Source: Nitrospirota bacterium
GTDB lineage: Bacteria; Nitrospirota; UBA9217
NCBI GenBank assembly: GCA_963818475.1
Contig: CAWFSF010000001.1
Coordinates: 279,631 to 343,630 of the forward strand
DNA: 64,000 bases
Direction: 5' to 3'
Below, piece after piece: positions 1-10,515 of this stretch. Numbering within the stretch: the stretch's first letter is position 1; each line of letters starts with the position of its first letter. Position numbers and translations under genes: made by a program. The notes under the pieces were generated by a model, which worked only from the letters and a program-made list of their open reading frames with translations, was not told the origin of the DNA and made no database searches.

Positions 1-668
1 AAACCAACGATAAAGAACGGGACGTCCGACACTGAAAGGACAGCTCTGTTCCTGACCAGGTCATACCCGGTTGCGGCGAACATCGTCGGGATTGCCAGGA
101 AGAACGAAAACTCCGCCGCGACCTTACGTTCCAGCCCGATGACCAGCCCGCCCATGATGGTAGCTCCAGAGCGGGAGACTCCCGGGAATAAGGAAAGACA
201 TTGGGCCAATCCGATCCCGGCTGCCTGTCTCAGCGTTAACTCATCGATGCTGTTCACATGACTGCACTGCGTCTTCCGTTCGATCAGGAGGATGGCAAAC
301 CCTCCGGCCACCAGAGCCGCCGCAACCGTGACCGGATTAAACAGATATGCCTTGATCGCCTTGTGCAAGAGGAGACCAAAAACAGCCGACGGCAAAAAGG
401 CCACAATGAGATTCAAGGTGAATCTTCGGGCGTCTTCGCGCAGTGGTATTTCCCGGATGACACCTGACAGTTTTTCACGGTAGAGCCAGACTATCGATAG
501 TATCGCCCCCAACTGGATGAATATCTCAAATACCTTGGCCCTCTCATCATCCAGTCCCAGCAGGTTACCCGCGAGAATAAGGTGACCCGTTGATGATACC
601 GGGATGAACTCAGTGATCCCTTCCACGATGCCGAGGAACAATCCCTTGAAAAGAAGAAGCAGATCCAT
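1..668 (-). CDS. uppP: Undecaprenyl-diphosphate phosphatase (3' end runs off window)
   Basis: Manual translation: MDLLLLFKGLFLGIVEGITEFIPVSSTGHL...IQLGAIL...PGVSRSGAT...AAEFSFFLAIP, the BacA/UppP signature motifs; absent from the ORF track because it is truncated. Confidence 0.95.
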   Translation of the reverse strand, partial: MDLLLLFKGLFLGIVEGITEFIPVSSTGHLILAGNLLGLDDERAKVFEIFIQLGAILSIVWLYREKLSGVIREIPLREDARRFTLNLIVAFLPSAVFGLLLHKAIKAYLFNPVTVAAALVAGGFAILLIERKTQCSHVNSIDELTLRQAAGIGLAQCLSLFPGVSRSGATIMGGLVIGLERKVAAEFSFFLAIPTMFAATGYDLVRNRAVLSVSDVPFFIVG

Positions 669-772
669 GTTTGCGTATCTCCTGTTTTTTTGAAACGAAG
701 CTGCACTATACCCGCTTTTGCACACTGTTTCAATAGATGCTCCGGAAAAACCGGCAAGAATTAGAAAATAAG

Positions 773-807
773 AAAAAAAGCCCCCTGAAAAATTTCCAGG
801 GGGCTTT
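773..807 (-). terminator. Intrinsic terminator after the cytochrome gene
   Basis: AAAGCCCCCTG/CAGGGGGCTTT stem followed by a T-run on the minus strand. Confidence 0.75.
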
Positions 808-849
808 GCACATGATCATCTATTTTTTAATGCTGATGCCGCATAAAAG

Positions 850-2961
850 CTACATCGGAAGAGTGCTCATATCATGGCAGCCACCGCAATTGTTGGTATA
901 CGGCACCGGCATCGGATCACTGGTCGGTGTAGCACTGCTCTTAAGAGGTACGTCGAACAGATGCGAGCTGATGTCGCCCTGGAAATACTTTATCAACGCA
1001 TTCGAGCTGTGCGTCTTGGCAGTCGTCGCATTGCTTCCCGCCCCGCTGCTCGAGGTCTTTGTGCTGTGACAATCAATGCACTTGGTGCTCCCGCCCATGG
1101 ATGTGCCGGTCTTTGCGGTCATATGCGCGACCACTTCCACGGTTATATGGCACGAGGTGCAAAGACTGTTATCCGAGGTACCGGAAAGCTGGTGTTTGTC
1201 CGATCCCGGAGCGTGCGGATTATGACAGCTTGCGCACGTCTTGAGCGAATCACCGTTCCGGTACTTCTTCGTCTGGATGAAATCCGTATACTGCTGATGG
1301 TGAGACTTGGAATGCTTGTTGTCTCCCCAGAAATCGCCCGCGGAGACCGATGCGTCATGACGGCTCGTGTTTTGAGCCAGGAAGTCCGCTCTGCTGGTTC
1401 CCGCAACCATCATCTTGTTTTGCTGGTTGAGCGGCGAATCCTTCTTGATGTTGAAAGAATCATTACCCTGGGGCCTGCTGTGGCACTGGGCGCAGATGTT
1501 GCTCGCGCGCTCGGGCGTGATGTTCGACGGAGACACGATAAACTTGCCCGCGCCGCCTGCATTAACATGCTCGGAACCGGGGCCGTGGCAGGTTTCGCAG
1601 CCAATATTCATCTCCTGCGTTGTCCCGGACACCGGATGCATCTCCGCGTTCACGTCCAGAACCGCTTGAGCTACATATTGGGTCCCGCTGCCTCCGGTAA
1701 CCACGGCAACGGAGTAGCCATTGTAGTGGCACGGCGCGCACTGGACGTCAAAGCTGTTTGACGCTGCCGGAATGGTCTTGAAGGTCATGTTTGCCGGAGT
1801 CGTGGGGGTGCCTGTCGTGGCGTCAAACTGCCCGGCGCCCAAAATACCGTTCACCCACCAGTCAAGATGATAATCACGCCATACTTTCCGGGTCCGGGAC
1901 GTGGAACTCTCGCTCCCGGCAGTATTGTACTGAAGCGGGATCATGTACAAGCTGCTCCCTACCACGGTCATATACCGCTGCTTATAAAGGCCGCCGCCGT
2001 AGGTCATGGCAACCTCATGGGTCTGGGGGCTGTTCGGGTCGCTGGGATTGATGACGTTCGTGAACTCTGCCTTGTATTTGTTGTCTGCGGCATCCCTGTA
2101 TACCCTCAACGTGGCGTACACGGTTCCGGATGAGGTTTTCGATGTCTTGAACTTGTCAAACTTGCGGGTCCCGTTGGCATCGGAGAAGTAAATCATGGTT
2201 CCGCCTGCGCCGGGGGTCCCAATCGTGGTGGTTGTGCCTGAGACGAACTCCTCCGAAAGCGCCGTGTTAAAGGTGCTGAATTCAGACAAGTCCTGCAGCC
2301 CGCTCGGAGCGCCTGGCGTCATGATGCCGAGTTTGTGCAAGGTCTGTTTTTCGGTTGTATACGTTGTGTGGCATCCCAGACAAGCCGACGATCCCACAAA
2401 TGTGGCGGACGCGGAAGGCGTGGTGGAAACTTCGACCGACGTTTCCACGCCGTTCAGGGATGAGCCGGCCGCGGAATTGCGGCATTTGCTGCCGCCGGGC
2501 AAATGGGTCGCGTTCGCGGGCTTTACGTAGATGAAGTACTTATCCGCTGCGACCAGATCTTCAGTGAACACGACCTTTCCGGAAGCATCTGTTACCGCAT
2601 TCTTATACGTGGAGACCCCTCCACCGGCAGGCGTATAATTCCCGTTGATCAAATCTTCGAGAGGCTCATCTGCCGCAAGCGCCGAGGTGGTGTAGGTTCC
2701 GTTCGACATCACGAGAGGAACGGTGCTTATTTCGGAGACATCAGCCGCTGGTATCGCATATACCGTGGCCCCTTCCACACTTGTTCCTGCCGTGTCCTTA
2801 ACAACGAACGTCGGCTTGATCGGCGCTGCTGCCGGCGTATCGCTATTGTTGCCGCTGCAGCCCGCAAAGGCCAGCGCAGAGATGAGGACTAATGCCATCA
2901 CACTGCTCAGCTTGTGTCGTGTTCGTGTACTCATTAGCATATTCTCCTTTTTAAATGGCAA
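850..2961 (-). CDS. Octaheme c-type cytochrome lipoprotein
   Basis: Lipobox LAFAG-C; 8 CxxCH motifs (CLGCH, CAPCH, CETCH, CAQCH, CASCH, CTSCH, CIDCH, CGGCH). Confidence 0.9.
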   Translation of the reverse strand: MPFKKENMLMSTRTRHKLSSVMALVLISALAFAGCSGNNSDTPAAAPIKPTFVVKDTAGTSVEGATVYAIPAADVSEISTVPLVMSNGTYTTSALAADEPLEDLINGNYTPAGGGVSTYKNAVTDASGKVVFTEDLVAADKYFIYVKPANATHLPGGSKCRNSAAGSSLNGVETSVEVSTTPSASATFVGSSACLGCHTTYTTEKQTLHKLGIMTPGAPSGLQDLSEFSTFNTALSEEFVSGTTTTIGTPGAGGTMIYFSDANGTRKFDKFKTSKTSSGTVYATLRVYRDAADNKYKAEFTNVINPSDPNSPQTHEVAMTYGGGLYKQRYMTVVGSSLYMIPLQYNTAGSESSTSRTRKVWRDYHLDWWVNGILGAGQFDATTGTPTTPANMTFKTIPAASNSFDVQCAPCHYNGYSVAVVTGGSGTQYVAQAVLDVNAEMHPVSGTTQEMNIGCETCHGPGSEHVNAGGAGKFIVSPSNITPERASNICAQCHSRPQGNDSFNIKKDSPLNQQNKMMVAGTSRADFLAQNTSRHDASVSAGDFWGDNKHSKSHHQQYTDFIQTKKYRNGDSLKTCASCHNPHAPGSDKHQLSGTSDNSLCTSCHITVEVVAHMTAKTGTSMGGSTKCIDCHSTKTSSSGAGSNATTAKTHSSNALIKYFQGDISSHLFDVPLKSSATPTSDPMPVPYTNNCGGCHDMSTLPM

Positions 2962-3199
2962 TCATTACCGCTTCAACTGCTGCTTGGATTCTTTTCTGTT
3001 GTTCTCCTTATTCTCACCCCCTGCATTATCGTAGTCTCGTCACTATACCTGCGATAGCCGTTTATTCTCGATACGCATAGTAATGGTCAGAAGCAATTGA
3101 TCAAGTGACATTCTCTACAACAAAAGAGTGTGCATTGAACTGAATTTCACATGAGGAAAAATGCGTTCCATTCCGGATAGCAGGGCCGGGCTGATCATG

Positions 3200-3283
3200 T
3201 CAGACGCTCCCCACATACAGCAGAACTCGGAGCATACCGGCAACATAGAGCAGGATCAAAATGATAAGAAACTTTTTTTGCAC
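3200..3283 (-). CDS. Putative 27-aa single-TM small protein
   Basis: GGGAGG RBS, GTG start, MQKKFLIILILLYVAGMLRVLLYVGSV*. Confidence 0.35.
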   Translation of the reverse strand: MQKKFLIILILLYVAGMLRVLLYVGSV

Positions 3284-3664
3284 ACGATCCTCCCTGCAAC
3301 GTTATGAGAATCACCATCCGATAAAAAGGAAATCAGCACGCTCTGACTATACAACTCGGATACAGCACGCACAAGAGAAGCGTTCTTCAGGAATATTCAC
3401 AGGATGTGAAGAATATTTCACAGGGGGGGGTACATAGGAAGGGACGAAAAAACGGATGACGGGAGCGAGAATGCGATTCAGCCCTCGATCCTGACGATTC
3501 GTTTGCAGAACACATCTAGCAGGTCGATGGTGGAGGCGTTGAAACGCTATGCTTCCCGCGGGGAGCTGTCAAGTAACGTTCTTTTCAATGAGTGCGAAAG
3601 GAGGTGAGATGAAACCAACACAGGGCGTCTGCGTTCGGATAGCGGTCAGGACAAGGTGAAGAAC

Positions 3665-4318
3665 TTATTGATCGGTGAGATGTTTATCAATCATTTTGAG
3701 GCACTGTGCGGCCTTATCGCCTTCCCCGGTCAGGACATAGGACTTTTCACGGTCCTGCCCTATGATCCCGGCCTCCCTCAGGATCTTCAGGTGGAAGAGT
3801 ACTTTCGTGTGGTCCTCGATGGAAAGCTCGCGCGCAAGCTCCATGAGCCGCATAGCTTTTCTGGATACGATCAAACGAATGATCTGCGTGCGAATGGGGT
3901 TCGAGAGCGCGCTCAGGACGGCGTCGAGGTCTTTGCTCCCGCCGCATTCCTGAACACGGGCCTCTTCCAGGACGCGCCTTACGGTGGTAAGGAGTTCATT
4001 GATCTTGAAGGGTTTCGAAATATAGTCATAGGCGCCTCGCTTCATGGCATCCACGGCATTTTCGACGGTCGCAAACGCGGTTATCATGATGACTTTCGAC
4101 CGGGGCGCCACTTTCCTTATTTCCACGAGTGCGTCGGCGCCGCCGCCATTCGGCATGATCATGTCCAGCAGGATCACGTCGTACGCTCCGGGGGCCGCCT
4201 TCATCACGGCTTCGCTGCCCGATGAGGCCTCGTCAATATGATACCCCGCGCCCTTCAATATATCGACAAGGTGGGCTCTGAGCTCGTTATCGTCGTCAAC
4301 GACCAGAATACGCTTCAT
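3665..4318 (-). CDS. Response regulator, REC plus ArsR-like winged HTH
   Basis: ILVVDDD...LLDMIMP...KPF receiver; C-terminal ALSNPIRTQIIRLI...LFHLKILREAGII resembles ArsR. Confidence 0.85.
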   Translation of the reverse strand: MKRILVVDDDNELRAHLVDILKGAGYHIDEASSGSEAVMKAAPGAYDVILLDMIMPNGGGADALVEIRKVAPRSKVIMITAFATVENAVDAMKRGAYDYISKPFKINELLTTVRRVLEEARVQECGGSKDLDAVLSALSNPIRTQIIRLIVSRKAMRLMELARELSIEDHTKVLFHLKILREAGIIGQDREKSYVLTGEGDKAAQCLKMIDKHLTDQ

Positions 4319-4327
4319 AATTATTTC

Positions 4328-5750
4328 TTATTTCCTCTCCGGGATCGTGATCGTAACTATAGTTCCCTTGCCCTTCATGCTGGAGACATCGATCGTTCCG
4401 TGGTGATCTTTTATGATGCCGTAACAGATGGAGAGGCCGAGCCCCGTTCCCGATCCTGGTTCCTTTGTGGTAAAAAAGGGATCGAAGACCCGGGTGAGAT
4501 TTCCTTCCGGGATTCCCGGCCCCGTGTCCTCGATGCGGACGCGAACATCCGCCTTTGAGCGCGAGGTCACGATGGAGATCGTCCCCCCTTTGGGCATTGC
4601 TTCCACCGCATTGGACAGGATGTTGATAATGACCTGCTCCAGCTTGCCCGGCATCACCGAGCACCTCCGGGACAGCGGCCAGATCCTGCCGGATAAGGAT
4701 ATTCCTGAGTTTGTATTGCAGGAGCGTCATCGCTCCCCGAATGATGCTATTCATGTTCACGGGAGAGAATTCCGATTCGCGCTGGCGTGAGAACTGCAAG
4801 AGCTCACGGGCGATCATGGATGCCTTATCGATGTTTCGCTCCACCGCGTCGAGCTTTTCGACGATCTCGCCCCCGCTGGTGACGGCTGCAAATTTCAGTT
4901 TCAGCGTCTGGATCCCCAGCGATGCGTTGGTCAATGGATTATTGATCTCATGCGCGATCCCCGCCGCGAGCTGTCCGAGCGAAGTCAGTTTTTCCGTCTG
5001 AACAAGATGCCTTGTCTGCTGCTCGATCCTCTTGCGCATTTCAATGTTGAAAACGTTCAGCGCCTTGATGATAAAGTAGGTGATAACAATGGCGGTGAGC
5101 CCCCGTAAGAGTTCGATCGGGAAGGGAAGGGGGATGATCGAGAACCGGGTGACAAAAACGCCGGCAAAGACGCCGTAAAATATAAAAGCAACCCCGGCGT
5201 ACCATAAATGGCGCGAGACAGACCGGCTCAAAACCTTTATTTCGTGTGAATACGCCATCAGCCCGTAAGCGGTGAGCGATGCTCCGGTAAGACAAAAAAT
5301 CAAGCGCGCGCTCTTCTCCGTTTGCCCCAGGAACCTCATGGTCATGGTGGAGTCGCGCGACGTTATGAAGGCAACCCATGCAAGGACGAGTACCGCGGGG
5401 ATAAAATTGGACCAGAGCGAACGTTTATTGCGGGTACTGAGCGTCAGGGCGAGGCCGAACTGAAGCAAAAATAAAAAGGACAGGACCAGAACGACAAGGG
5501 AAACGAGTTTCGCATTGAGGAGCTCCTCCATCGAGAGATGGGCACCCTCGATCAACGGGTACAATGCCAACAGTTCGTGCAAGCCATGCGTGAGGCCGAA
5601 CATGCCGAGCAGCCAGAGGCTGTCGGCAAGCTTTAAGTCGCTGCCCTTCATGTCCTTGACGAAGATGGCGAAGCTCAGGAAGAGGAACGCGGACCCATAG
5701 AGGAAATAGATAAAATATTCCGTCGGGATATTTATGAAATAATTAAGCAT
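4328..5750 (-). CDS. Membrane sensor histidine kinase (one frameshift near 4650, probably a sequencing error)
   Basis: Multi-TM N-terminus, H-box GIAHEINNPL; HATPase N/G/F boxes lie in the second frame; removing one G from GCCGGGCAAG restores DAGKLEQV. Confidence 0.88.
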
Positions 5751-5960
5751 GAAGTTCCAGCCCCGGCAAGTCGCAGGGTTGAATTTGAAGATGACTCATA
5801 AAGAATTATACGAATGAAAAACAAGGAATGCAAGTCTTATCGGGTCGTTACCGGGTCTTCCGAAGGTTATTCCCTGTCCGGTCGGCTGCTGAAAACCTTA
5901 AAACGTCATTGCGAGGAACGACATCTGCAGCGAGGTGATCCAGGAATGCGCGCGGACAGG

Positions 5961-8528
5961 CTACCGTGCGTCAAGGACGTCCCGTATCTTCTGCGACAGG
6001 TCCCTGAGCGAAGCCGGCTTGGTGATGAACTGCATGCCTTCCTCAAGCACGCCCCTGCTGTTGATCACGTCGGCGGTATACCCGCTCATAAAAAGGGCCT
6101 TCACGCCGGGCCGCATTCTCCTGACCTCGTCATAGACCTGTTTTCCATTTTTTTTCGGCATGATCACATCGAGGATCAGCAGGTCTATCCGGTCCTTATG
6201 GTCCGTGAACAGCTCGACCGCTTCCTTCCCGTCCGCGGCCATGATGACCGTGTACCCCAGGTGCTCCAGCATTGTCCTGGTGATCCGCCTCACGCCTTCA
6301 TCGTCGTCCGTGACCAGGACCGTTTCCGTGCCGCCTCTGAGCAGGGCGGGCCGGGCGGGCGCTGCCTGCTCTGTCCTGGCGGTATCGAGCGGGAAATAGA
6401 GCGTGAAGGTCGTGCCTTTGCCCGGCTCGCTCTCGCAATCAATATAGCCGTTGTGCTGTTTGACGATGCCGTATACGATCGAAAGCCCCAGCCCGGTGCC
6501 CTTCCCCGTCTCCTTGGTGGTGAAGAAGGGCTCGAAGACCCTCCGCTTCGTCCGTGCGTCCATGCCGGAGCCGGAATCTTTGACCGTAACGAGCACATAG
6601 GTCCCGGCCTTGCCATACCCGTTCTGCGCGATGTACTGGTCGTCGATCTCGGCAACACTCGTCGTTATCAGCAGCGTCCCACCGTGCGGCATGGCGTCCC
6701 GGGCGTTCACCGCCAGGTTCATCAGGACCTGCTCCATCTGGCCCGCATCGGCCAGGATGGTCAGGTCCGCGTCGGAAAGCCTTGTTCTCAGCTCGATCTC
6801 TTCGCCGATCAGCCGATGCAGCATATTCAACACAACCCGGATGCTTTCATTGATATCGACCGGCCTGGCGCTCGTGATCTGCTTCCTGCTGAAGGCAAGC
6901 AGGTTCTGGGTCAGGTTCGCCGCCCGCCTCGATGCGGCAAGGATCTGGTCCAGAAAACCGCGTGTCTGCTCATTCTCCGCGATGGTCATACCGAGCAGGT
7001 CGGTATAGCCGATGATGCTCGTCAGGATATTATTGAAGTCGTGGGCGATCCCGCCGGTCAGGGTCCCGACCGCCTCCAGTTTCTGCGCATGCCGCAGCTG
7101 TTCTTCCAGTTTTTTATGCTCCGTGATGTCGCGCCCCACCCCCAGCAGGGCCATGACCTCTCCGTCCGCGCTCTTCAGGGGCACGGCCCGGGTCTCTACC
7201 CAGCGGCGCGTCCCCTTCAGGCCGATGAACTCGAATTCCAGGTTCCCCGATCCTCCCTGGAAGACACTGTCGGTAAGGGCCTGCATGCTCGCCGCATACT
7301 CGGGGACCACCAGCGGGTAGATCGATTTCCCCGCCACCTGCTCAAGCGAGTCTGCCTCGATCATGCGAAGGCCAGCCGGGTTCATCTCGAGGAGCGTCCC
7401 GTCCGCCGCGAGCAGCGTTACGCAATCCTGCTCGGCATCGATAAGGGTCCTGAGCTTGCTCTCGCTCCGGGCCAGGTCCTCTTCGATGCGTTTGCGTTCG
7501 GGCACGTCCTGCAGGGTCTCGATAACGACGAGGAGCTCGCCCTCGCTGTTGTAGATCGGTGCGGCATCGAAAACGATATACCGGTTCTTTCCGTTGATGT
7601 TCAGGTACCAGCCTTCGGCGTGCACCCCGTTCTCAACGAGGGACGAGCGCGAGTTCTTGCTGTACAGCGTGGAAAGTTCGTCATAGGAGCCGTCGACGAC
7701 GATATCGGCCAGCGTCGGGCGTTTCTCGTCATAAAAGGGCATCCAGTGGTCATCGGTGCCGATCACGTCGCGGGCGGGAAGGCCTGTCAGTTCTTCGCAG
7801 GCCTTGTTCCAGATAACGACCTTGTGGTGGGGGTCGATCACGAAGGTCGCCACAGCGGAGTTCTGCACCAGGTTCTCGGCAAAGGCCTTCTGGTTCTCGA
7901 GAAGCGCTTCCATATGCTTTCGCTGCGTGATATCCCGCACCACGTGGATCAGGCCGACCATCTGGTTGTCGTTGTTGAACCGGGGGATGGCCCTCGTCTC
8001 GACATACATGTTCAGGTGAGGTTCGAACGATTCCGCAGCGACCGGCCGGGCCAGGGCGATGCTCCGGCAGCTCGGACAGTCCGCGGGAGGGCAGTCCGTG
8101 CCGTGAAAAAGCTTGAAGCATTTTGCCTTCCCCTTGGCGTCTGCAGACAGGTCAAGCCGCTCCCGTGCCGCACGGTTCGCGCGAATGATCGTAAAGTCCT
8201 TGTCATGGATGGTGATCATGTCGGTGATCGTGTTGAAAGTGTCTTCCCAGTCATGGGCGGATTGCGCGTTCATTTCCTCGGCGCGCGCTTTTTCCCTGAG
8301 CGCGGCCTTCTTCAGCGGCCTGACAACGATGCGCCAGAAGACCGGGAGGATCACGAGGGCCAGGACAACGGCATCAAGGAGCGCGGTGGGCAATGCAGGG
8401 GCTTGGGGAAATATCGCGGTGAGCAGGAGCATGATGATCAGCTCCGCGAAAAAAATGGTCGCGATCATCACGCCGGCAAGGCGCAAGGGTGATGAGAAGA
8501 AGCCTTCGCGGCGTTCAACGGTCTTCAT
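5961..8528 (-). CDS. Hybrid PAS sensor histidine kinase/receiver
   Basis: 2 TM, three PAS domains, GGIAHDFNNIL H-box, HATPase, C-terminal REC. Confidence 0.92.
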   Translation of the reverse strand: MKTVERREGFFSSPLRLAGVMIATIFFAELIIMLLLTAIFPQAPALPTALLDAVVLALVILPVFWRIVVRPLKKAALREKARAEEMNAQSAHDWEDTFNTITDMITIHDKDFTIIRANRAARERLDLSADAKGKAKCFKLFHGTDCPPADCPSCRSIALARPVAAESFEPHLNMYVETRAIPRFNNDNQMVGLIHVVRDITQRKHMEALLENQKAFAENLVQNSAVATFVIDPHHKVVIWNKACEELTGLPARDVIGTDDHWMPFYDEKRPTLADIVVDGSYDELSTLYSKNSRSSLVENGVHAEGWYLNINGKNRYIVFDAAPIYNSEGELLVVIETLQDVPERKRIEEDLARSESKLRTLIDAEQDCVTLLAADGTLLEMNPAGLRMIEADSLEQVAGKSIYPLVVPEYAASMQALTDSVFQGGSGNLEFEFIGLKGTRRWVETRAVPLKSADGEVMALLGVGRDITEHKKLEEQLRHAQKLEAVGTLTGGIAHDFNNILTSIIGYTDLLGMTIAENEQTRGFLDQILAASRRAANLTQNLLAFSRKQITSARPVDINESIRVVLNMLHRLIGEEIELRTRLSDADLTILADAGQMEQVLMNLAVNARDAMPHGGTLLITTSVAEIDDQYIAQNGYGKAGTYVLVTVKDSGSGMDARTKRRVFEPFFTTKETGKGTGLGLSIVYGIVKQHNGYIDCESEPGKGTTFTLYFPLDTARTEQAAPARPALLRGGTETVLVTDDDEGVRRITRTMLEHLGYTVIMAADGKEAVELFTDHKDRIDLLILDVIMPKKNGKQVYDEVRRMRPGVKALFMSGYTADVINSRGVLEEGMQFITKPASLRDLSQKIRDVLDAR

Positions 8529-8852
8529 GGCAAGGTCTCCGGTCGTTTGGTTGTGGCGAAGGATCGGTTGTTATGAGGTACGGGCAATGCGTCATGGTGC
8601 TGAAGGAGGTCAGAAAACGATGGCACGCAAAATTTCAAATGTTCAAACCCGGTCATGCCCTGACTTCTGAGTTGCGCAACAATGACATACAATGCAACTT
8701 TCTGCCGTAGTATACCCGTTTTTTTCGCGTTCAACAACCCGATTTATTGCAGGATCAAGAGGTCTGTGCGCTTTTGTCCTGAACGTGCAATTAGGATGAT
8801 GAGGCAAAAGAGGGGCGCTTTTCATCTATGGGGAGAACGAGGAGAACGGAAT

Positions 8853-8976
8853 TAATACAAACGCATTTAGATTCGTTACTGATTTGCCCCTCACCTTTGT
8901 CCTCTCCCCAGCGGGGAGAGGGTAGGGCAGAGGGGGGACTTTCCTGGATGTAACAATATTTAATTCGTTTGCATTA
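8853..8976. mobile_element. About 124-bp MITE-like element, copy 1
   Basis: Terminal IR TAATACAAACG...CGTTTGCATTA; internal CCTCTCCCC/GGGGAGAGG hairpin; near-identical to 10954-11076. Confidence 0.75.
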
Positions 8977-9019
8977 ATATGACTATCTCTCGGAGGGATC
9001 TTTCAGGTGATCGTAGGGA

Positions 9020-9895
9020 TCATGCCGCCATCAAACCGAGATATTTCCTCGGATTGTCCGAGGCGAACTGCAGCGCCCGCTCCTGAGAAACGCCGAGCGA
9101 GACCAGGTTCTTTATTGCATCGGCAAGGCAGATGCCGCTGCCGAGCAGCACCCCGCCGGCGCCGCGGATGGGACCGCTGCCCCAACCAGGCCCCTTGACC
9201 GAATCCGATACGAGCAGGATCCGTTCAGGCGGCTTCATGTCGAAAAGCATCTTCAGGCTCTGAGGGTGGAGGTGGGCCATATCAACGATGATCTCGACAT
9301 AGATATCGTCGTCCATGAGCCCGAACCCGGCAAGGCCCGGTTCGCGGTGATGGAACCCGCGCATGGCATTGAACAGGTGCGTAATGCCTGTTGCGCCGGC
9401 GCGCTTTCCTTCCTCGGCCTGTTCATAGGTCGCGTCGCTGTGGCCCATGTGAACAAGGAAACCCATCGCACGGCAGGCCTCGATGACGTGAAGCGCGCCG
9501 GGAAGCTCCGGCGCGATCGTGACAATACGGATCAGGTCCTCGAAATCCTCGACCAGGCGGGTCAGGGCTTCGACGGAGGGCTCGGAAAAGCCGGTCCGGT
9601 CGAGGGATCCGGACCGTTCGGGATTCAGGAACGGCCCCTCAAGATGGATCCCCTGAATGCGTGCGCCCGAACGCTGGGCCGACATGGCGCTCCGGATCGC
9701 GGTCATGCTCTCGCGCATGGTCTCGATCGCCCCCGGGTAGACCGTCGGCAGAAGGACCGACGTCCCGCGCTCTCCGTGAATGTTTGCCAGCTGGAGGATA
9801 TCGTCCTGGCGCCGCGTGCGCGTGTCGTAGGTCTCCGCGCCGTGCACGTGGATATCGACAAGCTGCTGACTGGTTTCGGTCGTTGTCCGGGCCAT
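9020..9895 (-). CDS. nagA: N-acetylglucosamine-6-phosphate deacetylase
   Basis: VDIHVHG, HLEGPF, GHSDAT and THLFNAM motifs; start placed at MARTT. Confidence 0.88.
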   Translation of the reverse strand: MARTTTETSQQLVDIHVHGAETYDTRTRRQDDILQLANIHGERGTSVLLPTVYPGAIETMRESMTAIRSAMSAQRSGARIQGIHLEGPFLNPERSGSLDRTGFSEPSVEALTRLVEDFEDLIRIVTIAPELPGALHVIEACRAMGFLVHMGHSDATYEQAEEGKRAGATGITHLFNAMRGFHHREPGLAGFGLMDDDIYVEIIVDMAHLHPQSLKMLFDMKPPERILLVSDSVKGPGWGSGPIRGAGGVLLGSGICLADAIKNLVSLGVSQERALQFASDNPRKYLGLMAA

Positions 9896-10030
9896 CGGAA
9901 CCTCGCATTGATTCTGGCTGAAGGTGGTTAGACCGATGGCTGAAAGTAAGACGGAAAATCGCGCCCTCGGTGACTGAGCACCCAATCATCTTTACCTTCA
10001 GTCCTCAACCTTCAGCCTATCCACCTGATT

Positions 10031-10282
10031 TTACGTAATCATCCCTCGTTTGGAGAAGAACTCGCTCAGGGCGAGCCGCACCACCGCGCCGCGGTCCCAA
10101 GGCTGTTTCAGCTCCTTCGTCAGCTCGGCAGCCACCACATCCAGGGCCGGGATATGCTCATCCTCAAGCTGGATCGTAACCTCCACAAGCCCGTGCTCAT
10201 GCGGTTCATGTTCGTCATGCCCTTGCCCGTGGCCGCAGTGCTCGTCATGGCGGTGGTGAGCATGTTCGTGCTTGTCATTCAT
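10031..10282 (-). CDS. His-rich protein with C-terminal ribbon-helix-helix-like domain
   Basis: 11 His in the first 30 aa, then VEVTIQL strand plus two helices (..RGAVVRLALSEFF). Confidence 0.6.
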   Translation of the reverse strand: MNDKHEHAHHRHDEHCGHGQGHDEHEPHEHGLVEVTIQLEDEHIPALDVVAAELTKELKQPWDRGAVVRLALSEFFSKRGMIT

Positions 10283-10515
10283 AAGGCGCCTCGCTTATAT
10301 ATAACTGAAATGATACTCATATTGTACCCGCTAGAAAATAAAAATTCCAGAAAATGTTAAGCACGAAAGAACAGTTGGCAGATACGATCCGTGTCAACTG
10401 CCGTCGTCAGCTTAAAGACTTTGACAACTTCCCCTTGCCTGGACTATAATAGCGCTTTGTTCAAAAGGGCTGCATGCCCCGGCGTACACTCTCTGACAGC
10501 AATGGAGGCCACGGA

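Noticed and set aside
491-757. 88-aa minus-strand ORF from the track
   Set aside because: Out-of-frame overlap with the true uppP start
5814-8492. 892-aa plus-strand ORF, and similar long ORFs at 41391-43184, 43475-45247 and 49739-51112
   Set aside because: Antisense shadows of well-supported minus-strand genes in GC-rich DNA; no motifs of their own
8621-8637. TGGCACG as a sigma54 promoter
   Set aside because: No GC at the -12 position and no downstream gene on that strand
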